From Octopus sinensis (taxonomy: Eukaryota): 64,000 nt of DNA. Shown piece by piece: positions 12,134-26,149 of this stretch. Position 1 is the first letter of the stretch; the number at the start of each line of letters is the position of its first letter. The stretch covers positions 106,826,001-106,890,000 of the forward strand of contig NC_042998.1 of the NCBI RefSeq assembly GCF_006345805.1, given 5' to 3'. A model generated the notes under the pieces. That model was not told the origin of the DNA. It made no database searches and worked only from the letters and a program-made list of their open reading frames with translations. The position numbers and the translations under genes are program-made.

Positions 12134-12173
<40 letters not shown>

Positions 12174-13551
12174 TATATATATTGTATGTGTGTGTGTGTG
12201 TGTGTGTGTGTACATATTCTCTTATATCTGAAAGGAGCAGGCGAGAAGGACCCGTATTATAGACTTATGTTTCATTTAACCAGAATCCGCAGTTGATTAT
12301 ATCTGAGTGTACATACAGAAAAAAAAAAAACAGGCGGGATTGCTTGTAAAATATTTAATTACGCCACCTTACGTATTTTTCATTAATTCAGATGTTTGCT
12401 TATCCGATAATGACAACACTGCCACTAATCCAGTAAGCCAGCAAGATTACAAATCAAGGAATTATATAGTTTATATTACATAAACAAATAACCATTCTTT
12501 GTCAATAAAACATTTCCTGTTTTGTTTTTTATACATGCATACACATACACATACACACATGCATATACTACAAGATGTGTATATCGTGTATACATGCTCA
12601 ATCACAGTCATGAATACGCACACACATATATGAAATATCTATTATTAATGGTATTTTTTTACAGTGATGATTCAACGATACTGACTTCTCGATACAGCGT
12701 TTGGTAAAATGAAAATTATAATATATACTTACTAGAGTACCCGAACCGTGAATAATGAAGGGGGTTGTTGTTGAAAAATTATTACCCGAAGAAAGTTGAT
12801 CATTAGAGGATAAGAAAGTAAATAAAAATGCCAAAATAATTGGAAAATAAGGAAATTATATTTATCACCCCCAAAATACTATACACGTATGGTTCTCTGC
12901 AGAAACTCACGAAGAACAACATTTCTTGTGTAGACATGGGGATGTATTAACACACCTTCTGACATTTTTAATCTGTAATTAAAAAGTGTTACTAACCCAA
13001 ATCCCAACCCAGATTAAGTCATTTCGCAGCGTAGAGTACAGACACAGCGGTAAGTAATGACAGTTGCGATATCGGGCAAATCATCTGAATTTATGAACAT
13101 TGAAACATTATGGTACAATATGGGTAGTAGAATGAACATCCGAATACAACAAAAAATAAATAAAACAACCCCAGCAAGTAGGTGGAGACCTTGTTTGAAA
13201 ATTTAGGGAGAAAGATTTTTATTGATTTCAGTGGTCATTGCTCCATAGTATGGCCACAACTTACCTCAAAAGAACGGTTCGGGCTACAGCAATGATGAAG
13301 AAATTCTTATAAATGCTGCGATGCACAGCAAATCGTCAAAATTTATGAATATTAGAACATAAGTTAAACATTAATAAGCAGAATGAACTTTGGAATACAA
13401 ATGATAAACAGAACAACTCCAGCTAGTGCCGAATGATTTAGAAAGTATATTCGTATAGAGTAGAACAAATACAACACCTTCAAACGCTTATGTGTTACTC
13501 GCAAAAAAATGACATTTAGCGTATTATATATGTGTGTGTGTATGTATGCGC

Positions 13552-13603
<52 letters not shown>

Positions 13604-13606
<3 letters not shown>

Positions 13607-13838
13607 GGTTGGCCAAAAGTCACCTGACAGTTAATCAAAACCATTTAATTCCAAGATCAAACAAAAAATTATTTTATGAGACTTCCCTAATGAATAGACA
13701 AATGTTGAAAAAACCCCAGTGATTTTAATTCACAGCATTCAATTGTTAAACGTTCATAATTGGAACGAAGAAATAAAATTGAATATTAAGTATTTATAGA
13801 ATTTTGATTTACTGTCGAGTGACTTTTGGCCAACCCTG
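13604..13838. mobile_element. 235-bp Tc1/mariner-type MITE, copy 1
   Basis: TIR cagggttggccaaaagtcac (20 bp exact, ~37 bp imperfect); TA on both flanks. Confidence 0.9.
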
Positions 13839-13856
13839 TATATGTGTGCGTGTGTG

Positions 13857-13921
<65 letters not shown>

Positions 13922-13965
13922 TGCATTTTACCACGCAGGAAAAAATATGAGAGAATTTGTTTTGA

Positions 13966-14936
13966 GGTTTGAAAATACGTCTGAATCGCAAAACGTGTAG
14001 TATTTATTCAAATACCAAACCGGTTTCGAAAATCCCAATTTATTCGTGAAAATCGAGCAGAAACAACATATATAAACCGAAAAGTTTAAGTAGCACGCTT
14101 TTTCAGGGATTCGAAACTCAAACTCCAATAACACCTCACACCTTCTCAAACATCAAATATCAAGAAAAACAAATATACATCGAGCCAGCTGAAGCAGTGG
14201 CTTCTTAAGGGAACCTACTAATCGGAACGCTAGATGACCATCAGACAAAAACTGGTTACCAGGAGGAAGTCAGCCAAGCAAAAGGCTGAACTTTGCCAAA
14301 ACAAAAATATTTTATCTAAAACGGAAAATATTTTTGATCAAAATTAATGAAGTCACAAAACTTATAACCAATCGGGACAAAAGACATCATCAAAATTACA
14401 ACCAATCAAAACTTGATCCTTTACCGTAAAAACATGTATATGTATTAAAAGGTTTGGATATAACATTTCGAACTCAATAACAAGCGAACAAGGTAAAGAG
14501 ACACGTGCACTTCGACTGAAATTGAGAAAAGAACTCCAACATGCATCACGACAAACTATAAAACGAAAAAAATTCTTTCTTTCCATCTTTTTCTCTTCTT
14601 TCTTTTATTGCTTTATAAAAATTCAGTATGACTGAACTTTCAATTATGTATATTTGTTATGATCTCCATTAAATATTTACATTATATTACAGTTTATCCC
14701 TGTGGAACTCATTGAGGTTTCTGTAAACGTTTGAACATTTGATTGCTTAAAAGTTTTTCCGAATTTTACCTTGTAATTATAAGCTCTCCTAAACCCCTTA
14801 TTTATAAATTTTTACCTTGATGAGCAAAAACAAAAGCAAAAAAAGAAACTATCGAAACCGGTTTGGTATTTGAATAAATCTCTTGCAAAATTTAAAAACG
14901 ACAACACGTTTCGAGATTCAGGTGCATTTTCAAACC
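13966..14936. mobile_element. ~1-kb non-autonomous element with long imperfect inverted termini (second copy 15355-16325)
   Basis: atttattcaaataccaaaccggtttcga (14002-14029) is the exact reverse complement of 14852-14879; outer arms ggtttgaaaat.../...attttcaaacc are similar. Confidence 0.55.
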
Positions 14937-14952
14937 CCAAAATTTTCATATC

Positions 14953-14985
<33 letters not shown>

Positions 14986-14987
14986 TA

Positions 14988-15034
<47 letters not shown>

Positions 15035-15037
<3 letters not shown>

Positions 15038-15269
15038 GGTTGGCCAAAAGTCACCTGACAGTTAATCAAAACCATTTAATTCCAAGATCAAACAAAAAAT
15101 TATTTTATGAGACTTCCCTAATGAATAGACAAATGTTGAAAAAACCCCAGTGATTTTAATTCACAGCATTCAATTGTTAAACGTTCATAATTGGAACGAA
15201 GAAATAAAATTGAATATTAAGTATTTATAGAATTTTGATTTACTGTCGAGTGACTTTTGGCCAACCCTG
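15035..15269. mobile_element. 235-bp Tc1/mariner-type MITE, copy 2
   Basis: Same sequence and TIRs as 13604-13838. Confidence 0.9.
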
Positions 15270-16339
15270 TATATGTGTGCGTGTGTGTGGAGAGAGAGAG
15301 AGAGAAGAGGTGCATTTTACCACGCAGGAAAAAATATGAGAGAATTTGTTTTGAGGTTTGAAAATACGTCTGAATCGCAAAACGTGTAGTATTTATTCAA
15401 ATACCAAACCGGTTTCGAAAATCCCAATTTATTCGTGAAAATCGAGCAGAAACAACATATATAAACCGAAAAGTTTAAGTAGCACGCTTTTTCAGGGATT
15501 CGAAACTCAAACTCCAATAACACCTCACACCTTCTCAAACATCAAATATCAAGAAAAACAAATATACATCGAGCCAGCTGAAGCAGTGGCTTCTTAAGGG
15601 AACCTACTAATCGGAACGCTAGATGACCATCAGACAAAAACTGGTTACCAGGAGGAAGTCAGCCAAGCAAAAGGCTGAACTTTGCCAAAACAAAAATATT
15701 TTATCTAAAACGGAAAATATTTTTGATCAAAATTAATGAAGTCACAAAACTTATAACCAATCGGGACAAAAGACATCATCAAAATTACAACCAATCAAAA
15801 CTTGATCCTTTACCGTAAAAACATGTATATGTATTAAAAGGTTTGGATATAACATTTCGAACTCAATAACAAGCGAACAAGGTAAAGAGACACGTGCACT
15901 TCGACTGAAATTGAGAAAAGAACTCCAACATGCATCACGACAAACTATAAAACGAAAAAAATTCTTTCTTTCCATCTTTTTCTCTTCTTTCTTTTATTGC
16001 TTTATAAAAATTCAGTATGACTGAACTTTCAATTATGTATATTTGTTATGATCTCCATTAAATATTTACATTATATTACAGTTTATCCCTGTGGAACTCA
16101 TTGAGGTTTCTGTAAACGTTTGAACATTTGATTGCTTAAAAGTTTTTCCGAATTTTACCTTGTAATTATAAGCTCTCCTAAACCCCTTATTTATAAATTT
16201 TTACCTTGATGAGCAAAAACAAAAGCAAAAAAAGAAACTATCGAAACCGGTTTGGTATTTGAAAAAATCTCTTGCAAAATTTAAAAACGACAACACGTTT
16301 CGAGATTCAGGTGCATTTTCAAACCCCAAAATTTTCATA

Positions 16340-16406
<67 letters not shown>

Positions 16407-16407
<1 letters not shown>

Positions 16408-17692
16408 CGGGTTGGCAACTAAGTTCCCGCCGTTTTTTTTAAATTTGGAATTTATTGCGTTTTTAAATTTGGAATATATTCTTTTCGAGAATTCTATTTT
16501 TGAATCACTTTAGAATCTATTTTGCTTATTTTTTTCCTAGTAAATTTTAGTTAACTTTTGTTTATTTTCAGATCATTAAAATGGAATGTCAAGTAAAGAA
16601 AAACAAGCCATTTTCGACACCTTCTTTTTGCTTTTAATCAAGGTTCTAAGGCCGCAAAAGCTGCTCGCAACATTTGTGCTGTGTATGGAGAGGGTGCCAT
16701 AGCTGAAAGAACCACTCGTGATTAGTAAGCCAAGTTCAAAAATGGAAATTTTGACCTCAAAGACGCACCTCGTTCTGGTTGTCCAGTTGAGTTCGATGAA
16801 GAGCAATTAAACTAACTTTTGCACGAAAATTCTCGTCAAACGACAAAGGAACTGGCAGAAAAAATGGAATGCTCCCACACTGCTATAGAGAAGCATCTTA
16901 ACTCGATGGGAAAGGTTCAGAAGTATGGAGCATGGGTTCCGCATACTTTAAGTGACAACAACAAAAATCAGCGACCCACAATCTCCGCTGGTCTGCTTGC
17001 TCGTCACCGCTCAACTCATGGACACAGTCAACGATTTCTTTACCGAATCGTTACTGGTGACGGAAAATGGTGCCTGTACATCAATATGAAGCAGCGTAAG
17101 GAATGGCTTAGCCCCAGTAAACAAGCGACACCGCGCGTGAAACAAGATCTTCGCGTAAAATGATGTTGTGCGTATGGTGGGACTGGGAAGGGATTATCCA
17201 TTACGAATTGCTTGAACGGAACCAAACGGTTAACGCCGAACTCTATGTTCAACAGATAGAACGACTCAACACGGCTATTCAAGAGAAAAGACCTAATCGG
17301 CAGCATGGAGTTCTTCTGCTGCACGACAACGCCCGCCCTCATATCGCCAATATGATCAAAGAAGCCATTCAAATGCATGGCTGGGAAGTGCTGCCACACC
17401 CGCCGTACTCTCCTGATTTAGCACCAACGGATTTCTACCTCTTTAGATCTCTTCCAAGTGCTATGCACGGAGTTTCGTTCAATACTAATGCAGAATTGAG
17501 AGCTTGGTTAGATCAATCTTTTGAGTTGAAATCGGGTGATTTCTACCAACGAGGTATTGAAAATCTTGTTGAACGTTTGGAAGAAATTGTAAACAAGGGT
17601 TAATACATTATTGATTAATTAGTTGTTTTTTTTATCAAACCTTTTAAAAGATTTAAATTTAAAAAACGGCGGGAACTTAGTTGCCAACCCAA
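16407..17692 (+). mobile_element. Full-length 1286-bp mariner element (DD34D)
   Basis: TIRs gggttggcaactaagttcccgccgttttt at both ends; TA flanks within (TA)n. Confidence 0.95.
16581..17603 (+). pseudogene. Mariner transposase pseudogene
   Basis: PRSGCP, WVPHTL, IVTGDGKW, LCVWWD, HDNARPH, YSPDLAPTD (34 residues D to D); frameshifts near 16605 and 17160 and stops in the N-terminal part. Confidence 0.93.
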
Positions 17693-17702
17693 TATATATA
17701 TA

Positions 17703-17803
<101 letters not shown>

Positions 17804-18386
17804 TGTGTCTGTGTGTGCAGCAAAGATTTTGTATAGAGTAAGTGGTAGTGGGCTGAAGCAGTAAGTATAGCTGCAAAGAGGAATGGATGAAGGACAAAAA
17901 AATGTATCATCATCATGCATTATCCGCTTTCAGCGGATTGGATACCATGAATTGCAGTGTCAGCTTTTATGCTGTCATGGTATTTTAAAACTTTTCAATT
18001 CTTGATATTATACAAATACATATCTCTTGAGGGGTTTTCATCCCTTCTTTCCGTGCATTTTGTCTTCTACTGGAAGTCTCTAAAAGTCGTTTTATCTCAT
18101 TATCGTCGTACTCATAAAAAAGTCAAATAATATAAAAAAAATATATAATAGATCCAACTAGGGAGTTTCTATATGGCTACCCGAACTGCTAAAAATAGCA
18201 ATCAAATCGCCCTCAAATTTCACAACTATCTCTCTCATAAAAGAAGGTCACAGTGAATAATGTGGTCCTGGGTTACATTATGGTTGGAAAAAAAGACGGT
18301 ATGGTCGCAACTGGAACGTCTTTAGTCATAGATCTGCTACCAACTAACTAACATCACTCTCCTACACCAATAGCTGTAACTACTCT

Positions 18387-18413
18387 GCTACTGCTGCTGC
18401 TGCTGTTGCTGCA

Positions 18414-18484
<71 letters not shown>
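18387..18484. repeat. (CTG)n(CTA)n microsatellite
   Basis: Directly visible. Confidence 0.95.
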
Positions 18485-18944
18485 AGTTGTTTTGTTTATT
18501 TCAGATTATTTGCTAGTAACAGAAGGCAACAGCAACTGACAGAGGAAGTGCAAGCAGTGATTGAACTGGATAATTGGCGCCCAGCCCCTCCGCTGAAGTT
18601 CTATAAAGGAATACCTACTTCATAGTAGTTCAGGACAAAAAAAAGGATTAATCGCAGAAAAACCCCACGTTTCATGTAAATTTTCACTAACTCCATAACT
18701 TTGGTCTAAAAAAAAAAAGACTGCATGAGAAATTCTTTTATTTTTTATCCTTTCCTTTTTTATGTTTCAGCCTAAAGGCTGTGACCATGCTGGGGCATAC
18801 ATGTATATATATCTATATATATAGACATTGGTGAACGCATTAAATGTTTGTTGTTGTTATTGTCGTTATTTGATTTGCAAAATCAGTAGCGGTCCTGCTC
18901 AACATTGTTTTCCATCCCTCCGATACCGATAAAACAAAGTTCTA

Positions 18945-19430
18945 ATCAAGTATTGGGATAAACGGCATCGACTGATCTCCCTCCCTTCAAAATTGCTGGC
19001 CTTGTGCCTAAAAAATCAGAAACCATTATTGTTATGGCGTTGGAATAATGCTTTGCGGTATTTCTTTCAGCTCTTCATCTTAGTTCAAAGCTCGTCGAGC
19101 TCAACATAGTCTTTCATCCTTCTGAGATCGATGAAATAAAGTAGCAGTCAAGTATTGGGTCCGGTAGTATCGACTAAACCTTACCCCACCATATATGCTC
19201 AGGCCTTGCACCTATACTAGAAACAATTATTGCAAATGTTGCAAAGGCGGCGAGCTGGCTGAATCGTTAGCAAGCAGAGCGAAATGCTTAGCAGCATTTC
19301 GTCCGTCTTCACGTTCTGAGTTCAAATTCCGCCAGGGTTGACTCTGCCTTTCATTCTTTCGGGGTCGATAAAATAAGTACTTTTTGAGCACTGGGATCGA
19401 TGTAATCGATTTACCTCCGCCGGCCACACA
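18945..19430 (+). mobile_element. Cluster of 2-3 tandem SINE family A copies
   Basis: Best copy starts aaggcggcgagctggc at ~19244; diverged cores and tails lie upstream. Confidence 0.7.
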
Positions 19431-19870
19431 AAATTACCAGTATTGTAGATGTTGCTGCATTAGCACAACTTGTTGAACATTGGCATTTAGTAACAACTAT
19501 ATCCTCTATGGTTGGCTTTTACTTTCGTTCTTCTTCTGTCGATAAGATATGTATCATCAAAGTACTATACTCCTTTCTTAATTTGAGGTATTGTGTTTAT
19601 GTTACATTGCTATATTGTATCGAAGTTACATAGATATAAATTACTGTTAGAAATGTTTTGAGAGCAATGAAGTTAGAGAATGTAACTCTAGATGCTTTTC
19701 AGTAATTAGTTGTAAATTGTAATATCTTTGTTTGCTTATACGATTTGTGCTTTTTAACAAGTAGTTTTCTGCGCCCAATCCTTTCCCAACCAGTCAACAC
19801 CCAACGGAAATCACAGATGAAAGTAAGTTTCCGTCAAAGTGGTCACTTACCATTTAATTACTATAAATAA

Positions 19871-20317
19871 CTAGTAGACTCGTGCCGTCAAAAATGACGG
19901 CTGATTGTAGTATTTTATATATAAATAAGGTACAAAATAAGGAACATAATAATCACAGATACTTACATTCTTATACTTCCTTTCTACATGCGCACATATA
20001 CACACATATACTCACACAGAGTTGAAATGCTGTTTGATTTTTCTTGTAAGCATTGAATGTTCACCATCCCACTTCCATTGCTTACACACGCACAAACATA
20101 CACACACACATAGACATTCACATGACTCCCTTTTACATACACACACATATACTCACGCAGATTTGAAACGGTGTTTGCTTTTTTTTTCACTGTAGGATTT
20201 CCATCATCCCACTACCAAGTTTGCCATTACCCTTTCCTTCCTTATTCATCTATCACCCCTTCCTTTCTCATTCATATGTTGTAACGGAGAAAGATACAAG
20301 AGTATTATTATAGCAGA
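19871..20317 (-). mobile_element. Non-autonomous Helitron-like element
   Basis: Minus strand A|TCTGCTATAATAAT start; perfect 7-bp hairpin gccgtca-aaaa-tgacggc (19884-19901) 9 nt from CTAG|T; internal ~145-bp diverged repeats. Confidence 0.6.
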
Positions 20318-20339
20318 TGGTTTGTAGTTTAGGTACAAG

Positions 20340-20525
20340 ACTAGAAATTTTAAAGACAAGGTTTAAGTCGACACCATCGATCCCAGCGCATGACTTACTT
20401 TATTTTATCAACCCCGAAAGGAGAAAAGGCAAAGTTGACCCTAGCAATTTGGACTCAGAATGTAACGAGCCAGAACAAATACCGTAAGAGATTTGTCTTG
20501 CCTTCTAACGACTCTGCCAAACTCA
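20340..20525 (-). mobile_element. SINE family A, diverged
   Basis: Reverse complement of the family A core. Confidence 0.7.
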
Positions 20526-20659
20526 AAGTCGCTTATTAACTAACGGTACATAATTTGTACATGTCGATAATATGTTTATTTAATGGTTTTTGCATTTAAG
20601 TGAAAAAATTAAGATTTATTAAACATCTTAAAATAAACAAGCCCCCGCCCACCAAAAGC

Positions 20660-21100
20660 AATAGATTAGTCATTCATTGTTTTTTTGGCTGTGACTTTTT
20701 CCTACAGTTATTTTCACTGATTCATTTAGCTTGGCTGTATAACAGAAGTACATGGTCATAAAAGTCATGCACTGAGATTTTTCTGTGATGCAAAGATTTC
20801 GTGTACTATATCGTCCATTATACTTACTTCTTTTGGCAATGATGCCCTGGTTTATGAGTGAATTACTCATTTTACGGACCTTCAGGTTCCATACGTAGTT
20901 AGACAGTGATGTTGCATTGCACTTGTTTGTATTCGGAAACGAAGACATGTGTTGTGAAACTCCTTCCCTAACGGTATTCGTGGCTTATCCAATACAGCCC
21001 TTTAATGTACCATCAGCATTGGAAATATCAGTTCCATACACCAGCTTCTCGAGGCATTCGTTGTTTAAGGAACAATAGCTAGATCTGCAGTTATATTGTC
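20660..21100 (-). mobile_element. Penelope-type endonuclease fragment (CNCR..CPL subtype)
   Basis: NCRSSYCSLNNECLEKLVY, HMSSFPNTNKCNATSLSNYVWNLK, NLCITEK. Confidence 0.7.
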
Positions 21101-21769
21101 ATTGTTACGGGTGCCCACTCTATCACTTTAGTTGCGGAAAAATATTTGCTAACCTACATCACAGAGGAATCTCTTACTAATTATGCATCAGAGAAAAGTT
21201 ACAAGTCTTCTAACAATCCTACCCCCAAAAGAACCATAAATTCAACCCGGCTAGCTCTTTCCATTCCAATACGGCAAGCACACAAAACTCACACTGCCCT
21301 CAAATCTCAGATCGCACCCACCATCCAACTCTAATGCACAATACTATAACAAAATAGCATCAAAACACACCTACATACCAAACCCACCAACATGCTTCAC
21401 TCACATACATTTACTCCCTACGTGCCCATGTATTGGACTAAATTCTGTGACACTGCATCTAGCACAATTGTCATTCAGTATTCCCTCAAAGTGAACAACA
21501 TTCATCCAATACATGCTCATCATAATGTACCTATCATCCAAATCACGTTCACATACTATGCAAACCGAGATTAAATATATACTTACACACACACACACAC
21601 ACACACCACACACACATGATAAAGTAGAATACAAGAAGAGTGACGTTGGTCTGCTTCAGCAATACTTGTATTATTAAGAAACAAACACGACAGAAAGAGT
21701 ACACTGCAATCAGTGACCGAGGTAACGATTTTCCCTACAAAGCGAGACACTAGTCCGTGGCAGGGTAGC

Positions 21770-22230
21770 TTATTTTCAGCTGAGTTAACTGCAGCAATGG
21801 GAAATGAAGAGCTTTGTTGAAGATCACAATGTACCGCTTGGTGCGAGAATCGAAACCACGCTATGTCGATCGTAAGCTCAATACCTTAAAGGCCATGCAC
21901 TTTACACACACACAAACAGACGCACACACGCTCGCACACTCACACATACACGCGCGCGTGTGTGTGAGGGTGCATGGCAGTAGTGATTAGAGTGTTGCGC
22001 TCACGATCGTTTGATCGTAGTTTCAATTCCGGCCGTTACTATAGTTTAATTATACCTGTGCTTCATAAACAACGGAGGATATATCGTATACCTGCCCCCA
22101 AAACATTTAGATTTACCTCTACATGTGCATCCAGGCCAGGTCTGAGTCATCGGGTGTTTATTGATATAGGCCTTTACACTAGTAAGGCAGTTACCCTAGG
22201 TAGTTGTATTTCACAAGGCTTTTTGTGCCT
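21770..22230. mobile_element. Two diverged copies of a third SINE family (minus 21770-21900, plus 21965-22230)
   Basis: tRNA-like heads (catggc..agtgattagagtg...tcaattcc; gagaatcgaaacc on the other strand) in opposite orientation. Confidence 0.45.
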
Positions 22231-22276
22231 TCCATAATTATTATTATTCTCTCTATATATATGTGTGTGTGTGTAT

Positions 22277-22323
<47 letters not shown>

Positions 22324-22399
22324 CTACATATATATATATTACATATATATAAGTATATATATATATATGCATATATATATATATATGCATATATATATA

Positions 22400-22477
<78 letters not shown>

Positions 22478-23864
22478 TATATATGTTACATAAATGGAAA
22501 TTTCTGTCTGTCTGTTACCATCTTGCTGGCAACACCAGTGAACGAATCTTGATGAAACTTTGCATACATGTTAAACTGACATCCAGTTAGATTATAAGTT
22601 AATTGAATTCTAATAAAAATCTATAAGCCTCCCCCTACTACGGGGGTTTGGAATATTATTTGATGAAACGAGAAGGGTACAAGAGTGTTGGGGTGAAGGA
22701 AATGTAGTGGCAAGGAAGTGGAGAACAGAGTTGTATAAGCGACAAATATGGAGTGGTAATGGGATGATTACGTTAATATAGCATTCAATCAGGGATATAC
22801 ACGTGACGATGCATACAGTCTTTCGTAAATACATAGGTACATGCATACACACACACACACACACAGACACACACACATAAGTAACTTTTAAAACACGGAG
22901 GAAGGGAAAGAATGGTGGGTGTGTGGAATATGTAGCTTTAAGGAGAGAAGGGGCAAGTTGACAACAATTGTTCACAGGGTGCTTTTCTGCAGCCCATCGC
23001 AAGGAAATACTCACACACAGACATACACACACATACATGGATACACATATTTACATACATACCTACATGCATACCTACATGCATACATACATGCATGCAT
23101 ACATACACATACATACATACATACATACATACATACATACATACATACATACATACATACATACGTCTACTATACCCTATTTTAAACTCGTGGTTGTGCG
23201 TTCGTTTGTAAATATATGTGTGCGTTTGTATGCGCGCGCGCGCGTGTGTGTGTCACGTCCTATAACTGTCTGTCTCTCTACTTTTGTAGGGTCTTCCTTG
23301 TTGCTGTCACATATTTTGAAATTTATAAATTACGTCAAAATTTGGTATATTGAAATAATTTTCCACGTTAAATCCGATTTTGTTATTTATTTGTTCCAGA
23401 AAAATTGTAGAAAACTGTTACTGAGGTTTAAAGTTTAATCAAATTTACCTAATTAGGAAATAGGATTTAGAAACTGGCATTTTCTGTATGATAGCTGTCT
23501 ATCACAAAATGAAAACAAAATCATTGCGAGGAGGAATTTTTATTAAACAAACGGAAGCAAAGCATTACAACGACCAAAGTTGTAAGAATTTCTGAAGCTT
23601 TTATGAGGTTTATTGAATAAAGGTATGTGAAACGGTCGAACTGATATGTAAATAATTTTAAAAGGAAGAAAACCCTCAGCGAATAATTTTACGAAAAATT
23701 GCACAAATCCGGGGAGGCATAATCTGACATGGAATAAACAAATATTTATATAAGACGTTCCATTGTAAAAATTGCCCTGTAACGACGTTAAGCACTGAAA
23801 TAAATGTTAATGCACTGGATTTCATAAAAAATGGAGTGCAGAAACAGTAACATTTAATATTCTT

Positions 23865-24357
23865 TTGTACTCTAGGCACAAGACCCAAAATTCTGGGGGA
23901 AGGGGGCCAGTTGACTAGATCTACCCCAGTATGCAACTGGTATTTAATTTATCAACTCCGAAAAGATGAAAGGCACGAAATATCTATTTCTTTACTACAC
24001 ACAAGGGGCTAAACACAGAAGAGACAAACAAGGACAGACAAACGGATTAAGTCGATTATATCGACGCCAGTGCGTAACTGGTACTTATTTAATCGACCCC
24101 AAAAGGATGAAAGGCAAAGTCGACCTCGGCGGAATTTGAACTCAGAACGTAGCGGCAGACGAAATACCTATTTCTTTACTACCCACAAGGGGCTAAACAT
24201 AGAGGAGACAAACAAGGACAGACAAACGGATTAAGTCGATTATATCGATCCCAGTGCGTAACTGGTACTTAATTTATCGTCCCCGAAAGGATGAAAGGCA
24301 AAGTCGACCTCGGCGGAATTTGAACTCAGAACGTAACGGCAGACGAAATACGCCGCC
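23865..24357 (-). mobile_element. SINE family A-derived 184-bp tandem array (about 2.5 units)
   Basis: gaaata junction at 23977, 24161 and 24345; same unit as 641-824. Confidence 0.85.
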
Positions 24358-25454
24358 TTAGTGACATTTAACATTAATTTCTGCAAGTGATATATATTAT
24401 GCTTGAAAATTTATGTGCCTGCTTTATATCAAGTTTTATTTTAATCTTAATAATCTTTATATAACTCTATGCCTTTTCTCACTAGTTAATCTATGTCATT
24501 AGTTTCATATTCAACAAAGTCGACTGACGTCCCAGTTCTTCAATCGCCAACGGTCACTTCATTTTTATTTAATTCGATCTAATTTTCTCATAATTATATT
24601 TTCGTACTACCTTTCAACAACCTAAATACCACATTGTTTACTAAATTATTTTCTGTTGGTTTCTACACCCTGCTACGATTTCTCAACCGACTACGTAATT
24701 AGCTCCATTTATATCGTATTCAGTCTAGTATTTATTTCAGTATTACCTTTAAAGAGCTTATATTACGCTACATACCTACCAAACCTTTCTCAAACTTGTA
24801 CAAGCAAAGTCAAATGTAAATGTAGACATAAAGACATGCCTATACAGAAATAGTTTGTCTATTGTTTTTTAAGTAACATTTCATTGGAATAGAAGACAAA
24901 AAACAGAAACAAGTAGAACAAGAAGAATAAAAACAACAAAGAAATCAATGACAATAACAACAGCAGTGGTAATAAAAAAAATAACAAAAAATATAGAAAT
25001 AATGAATTCTAGAAAAAGCAGTGGTTTACAATTATTTTGAGGAAAAAGGATAGGATTAATCGTCCCCACCCTAGTACTTGACTGGTATTTTATTTTATCG
25101 AGGCTAGAAATATGAAAGGCAAAATTGAGTGCCTGACTTGGAATCAGAAGGTAAGGTCAGATTTCTCCAGGTCAGATGTGGGGGCATCCACTATTTATTA
25201 GCATTCCTTATGCCTAGCGGACGACACCTTTGCACCACTCAGGTGACAACCCCCTTCTCCAACCCAACCTAATTGAGTCGGTTTGGAAAGTCATTGCTGG
25301 TGAGGGTTTTACGAGGTCAGAGTGCATATCCTACAACTTCTTTTAGTCACCTTTTACGAGATGCAAAGGAAACATTGGGTCTACTCTTTAACATGACGGT
25401 CCCCATACAGCACAGGTAAGGGTAAGGGACATAACTAAATACTTCAGTTCTTTT

Positions 25455-25725
25455 TGCGTAGTGGATTATCGAATCTACTACCCACAGTTCGCGGGTTCGA
25501 ATCTCAGACCGGGCGATATGTGTGTTTATGAGCGAAATACCTAAGCTCCACGCGGCTCCGGCAGAAAGTAATGGCGAACTTCTGCTTACTTTCGCCACAA
25601 CTTTCTCTCACTCTTTCCTCCTGCATCTAGCATCTCACCTGCGACACACTGGCGTCTCGTCCAATGAAACTGGGAAACTGGCCCTTATGAGCCAAGCATG
25701 GCTCGAGAAGGAACAAACAACAACT
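25455..25725 (+). mobile_element. tRNA-derived SINE family D with (AAC)n tail
   Basis: A-box-like gcgtagtgg and B-box ggttcgaatc; body taagctccacg.ggctccggcag is shared with 35622-35830. Confidence 0.7.
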
Positions 25726-25834
25726 GAGGTAAAAGAAAAAGAATTCATCACAAGGCAACAAAAAATAAGAAAAAGAACAAGATTTAACAAATACGAAGTA
25801 CATTCACAGACATATATAAAAAGGTAGGTGTGGC

Positions 25835-25995
25835 AAGGCGCAAGCGTGGCTTAGGCGCAGGGGAGGATAAAAAAATGTCCTTCCTAAACACGTGGTTTCG
25901 GGTTCAGTTCCACTATACAGCATCTTGGGTAAGTGCTTTGTAGTATAGCTCGGGTCCTTGTAAGTTGATTTGGTAGGCGGAAACTGAAAACGATG
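25835..25995 (+). mobile_element. SINE family B 5' half, diverged
   Basis: ggttcagttccact...gatttggtaggcggaaactgaaa matches 30933-31090. Confidence 0.65.
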
Positions 25996-26149
25996 ACTGT
26001 GTGCGCGCGCTCGTCTGTGTGTGTGTCTGTGCACCCGCGTCTTGGCATCACGTGATGACTGTAAACAAATGTCTCTATCATACAAGCGATGTTATTTGTT
26101 TAATAGGCACACCTTGACGGTTTCCTTTAGTTGTGAACCCAGTGTAAAA

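Larger units (their letters stand above)
13604..16345. repeat. Near-identical ~1.4-kb tandem duplication (units start 13604 and 15035)
   Basis: Units differ visibly only in (GA)n and (TA)n length and one substitution (gaataaat vs gaaaaaat). Confidence 0.92.
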
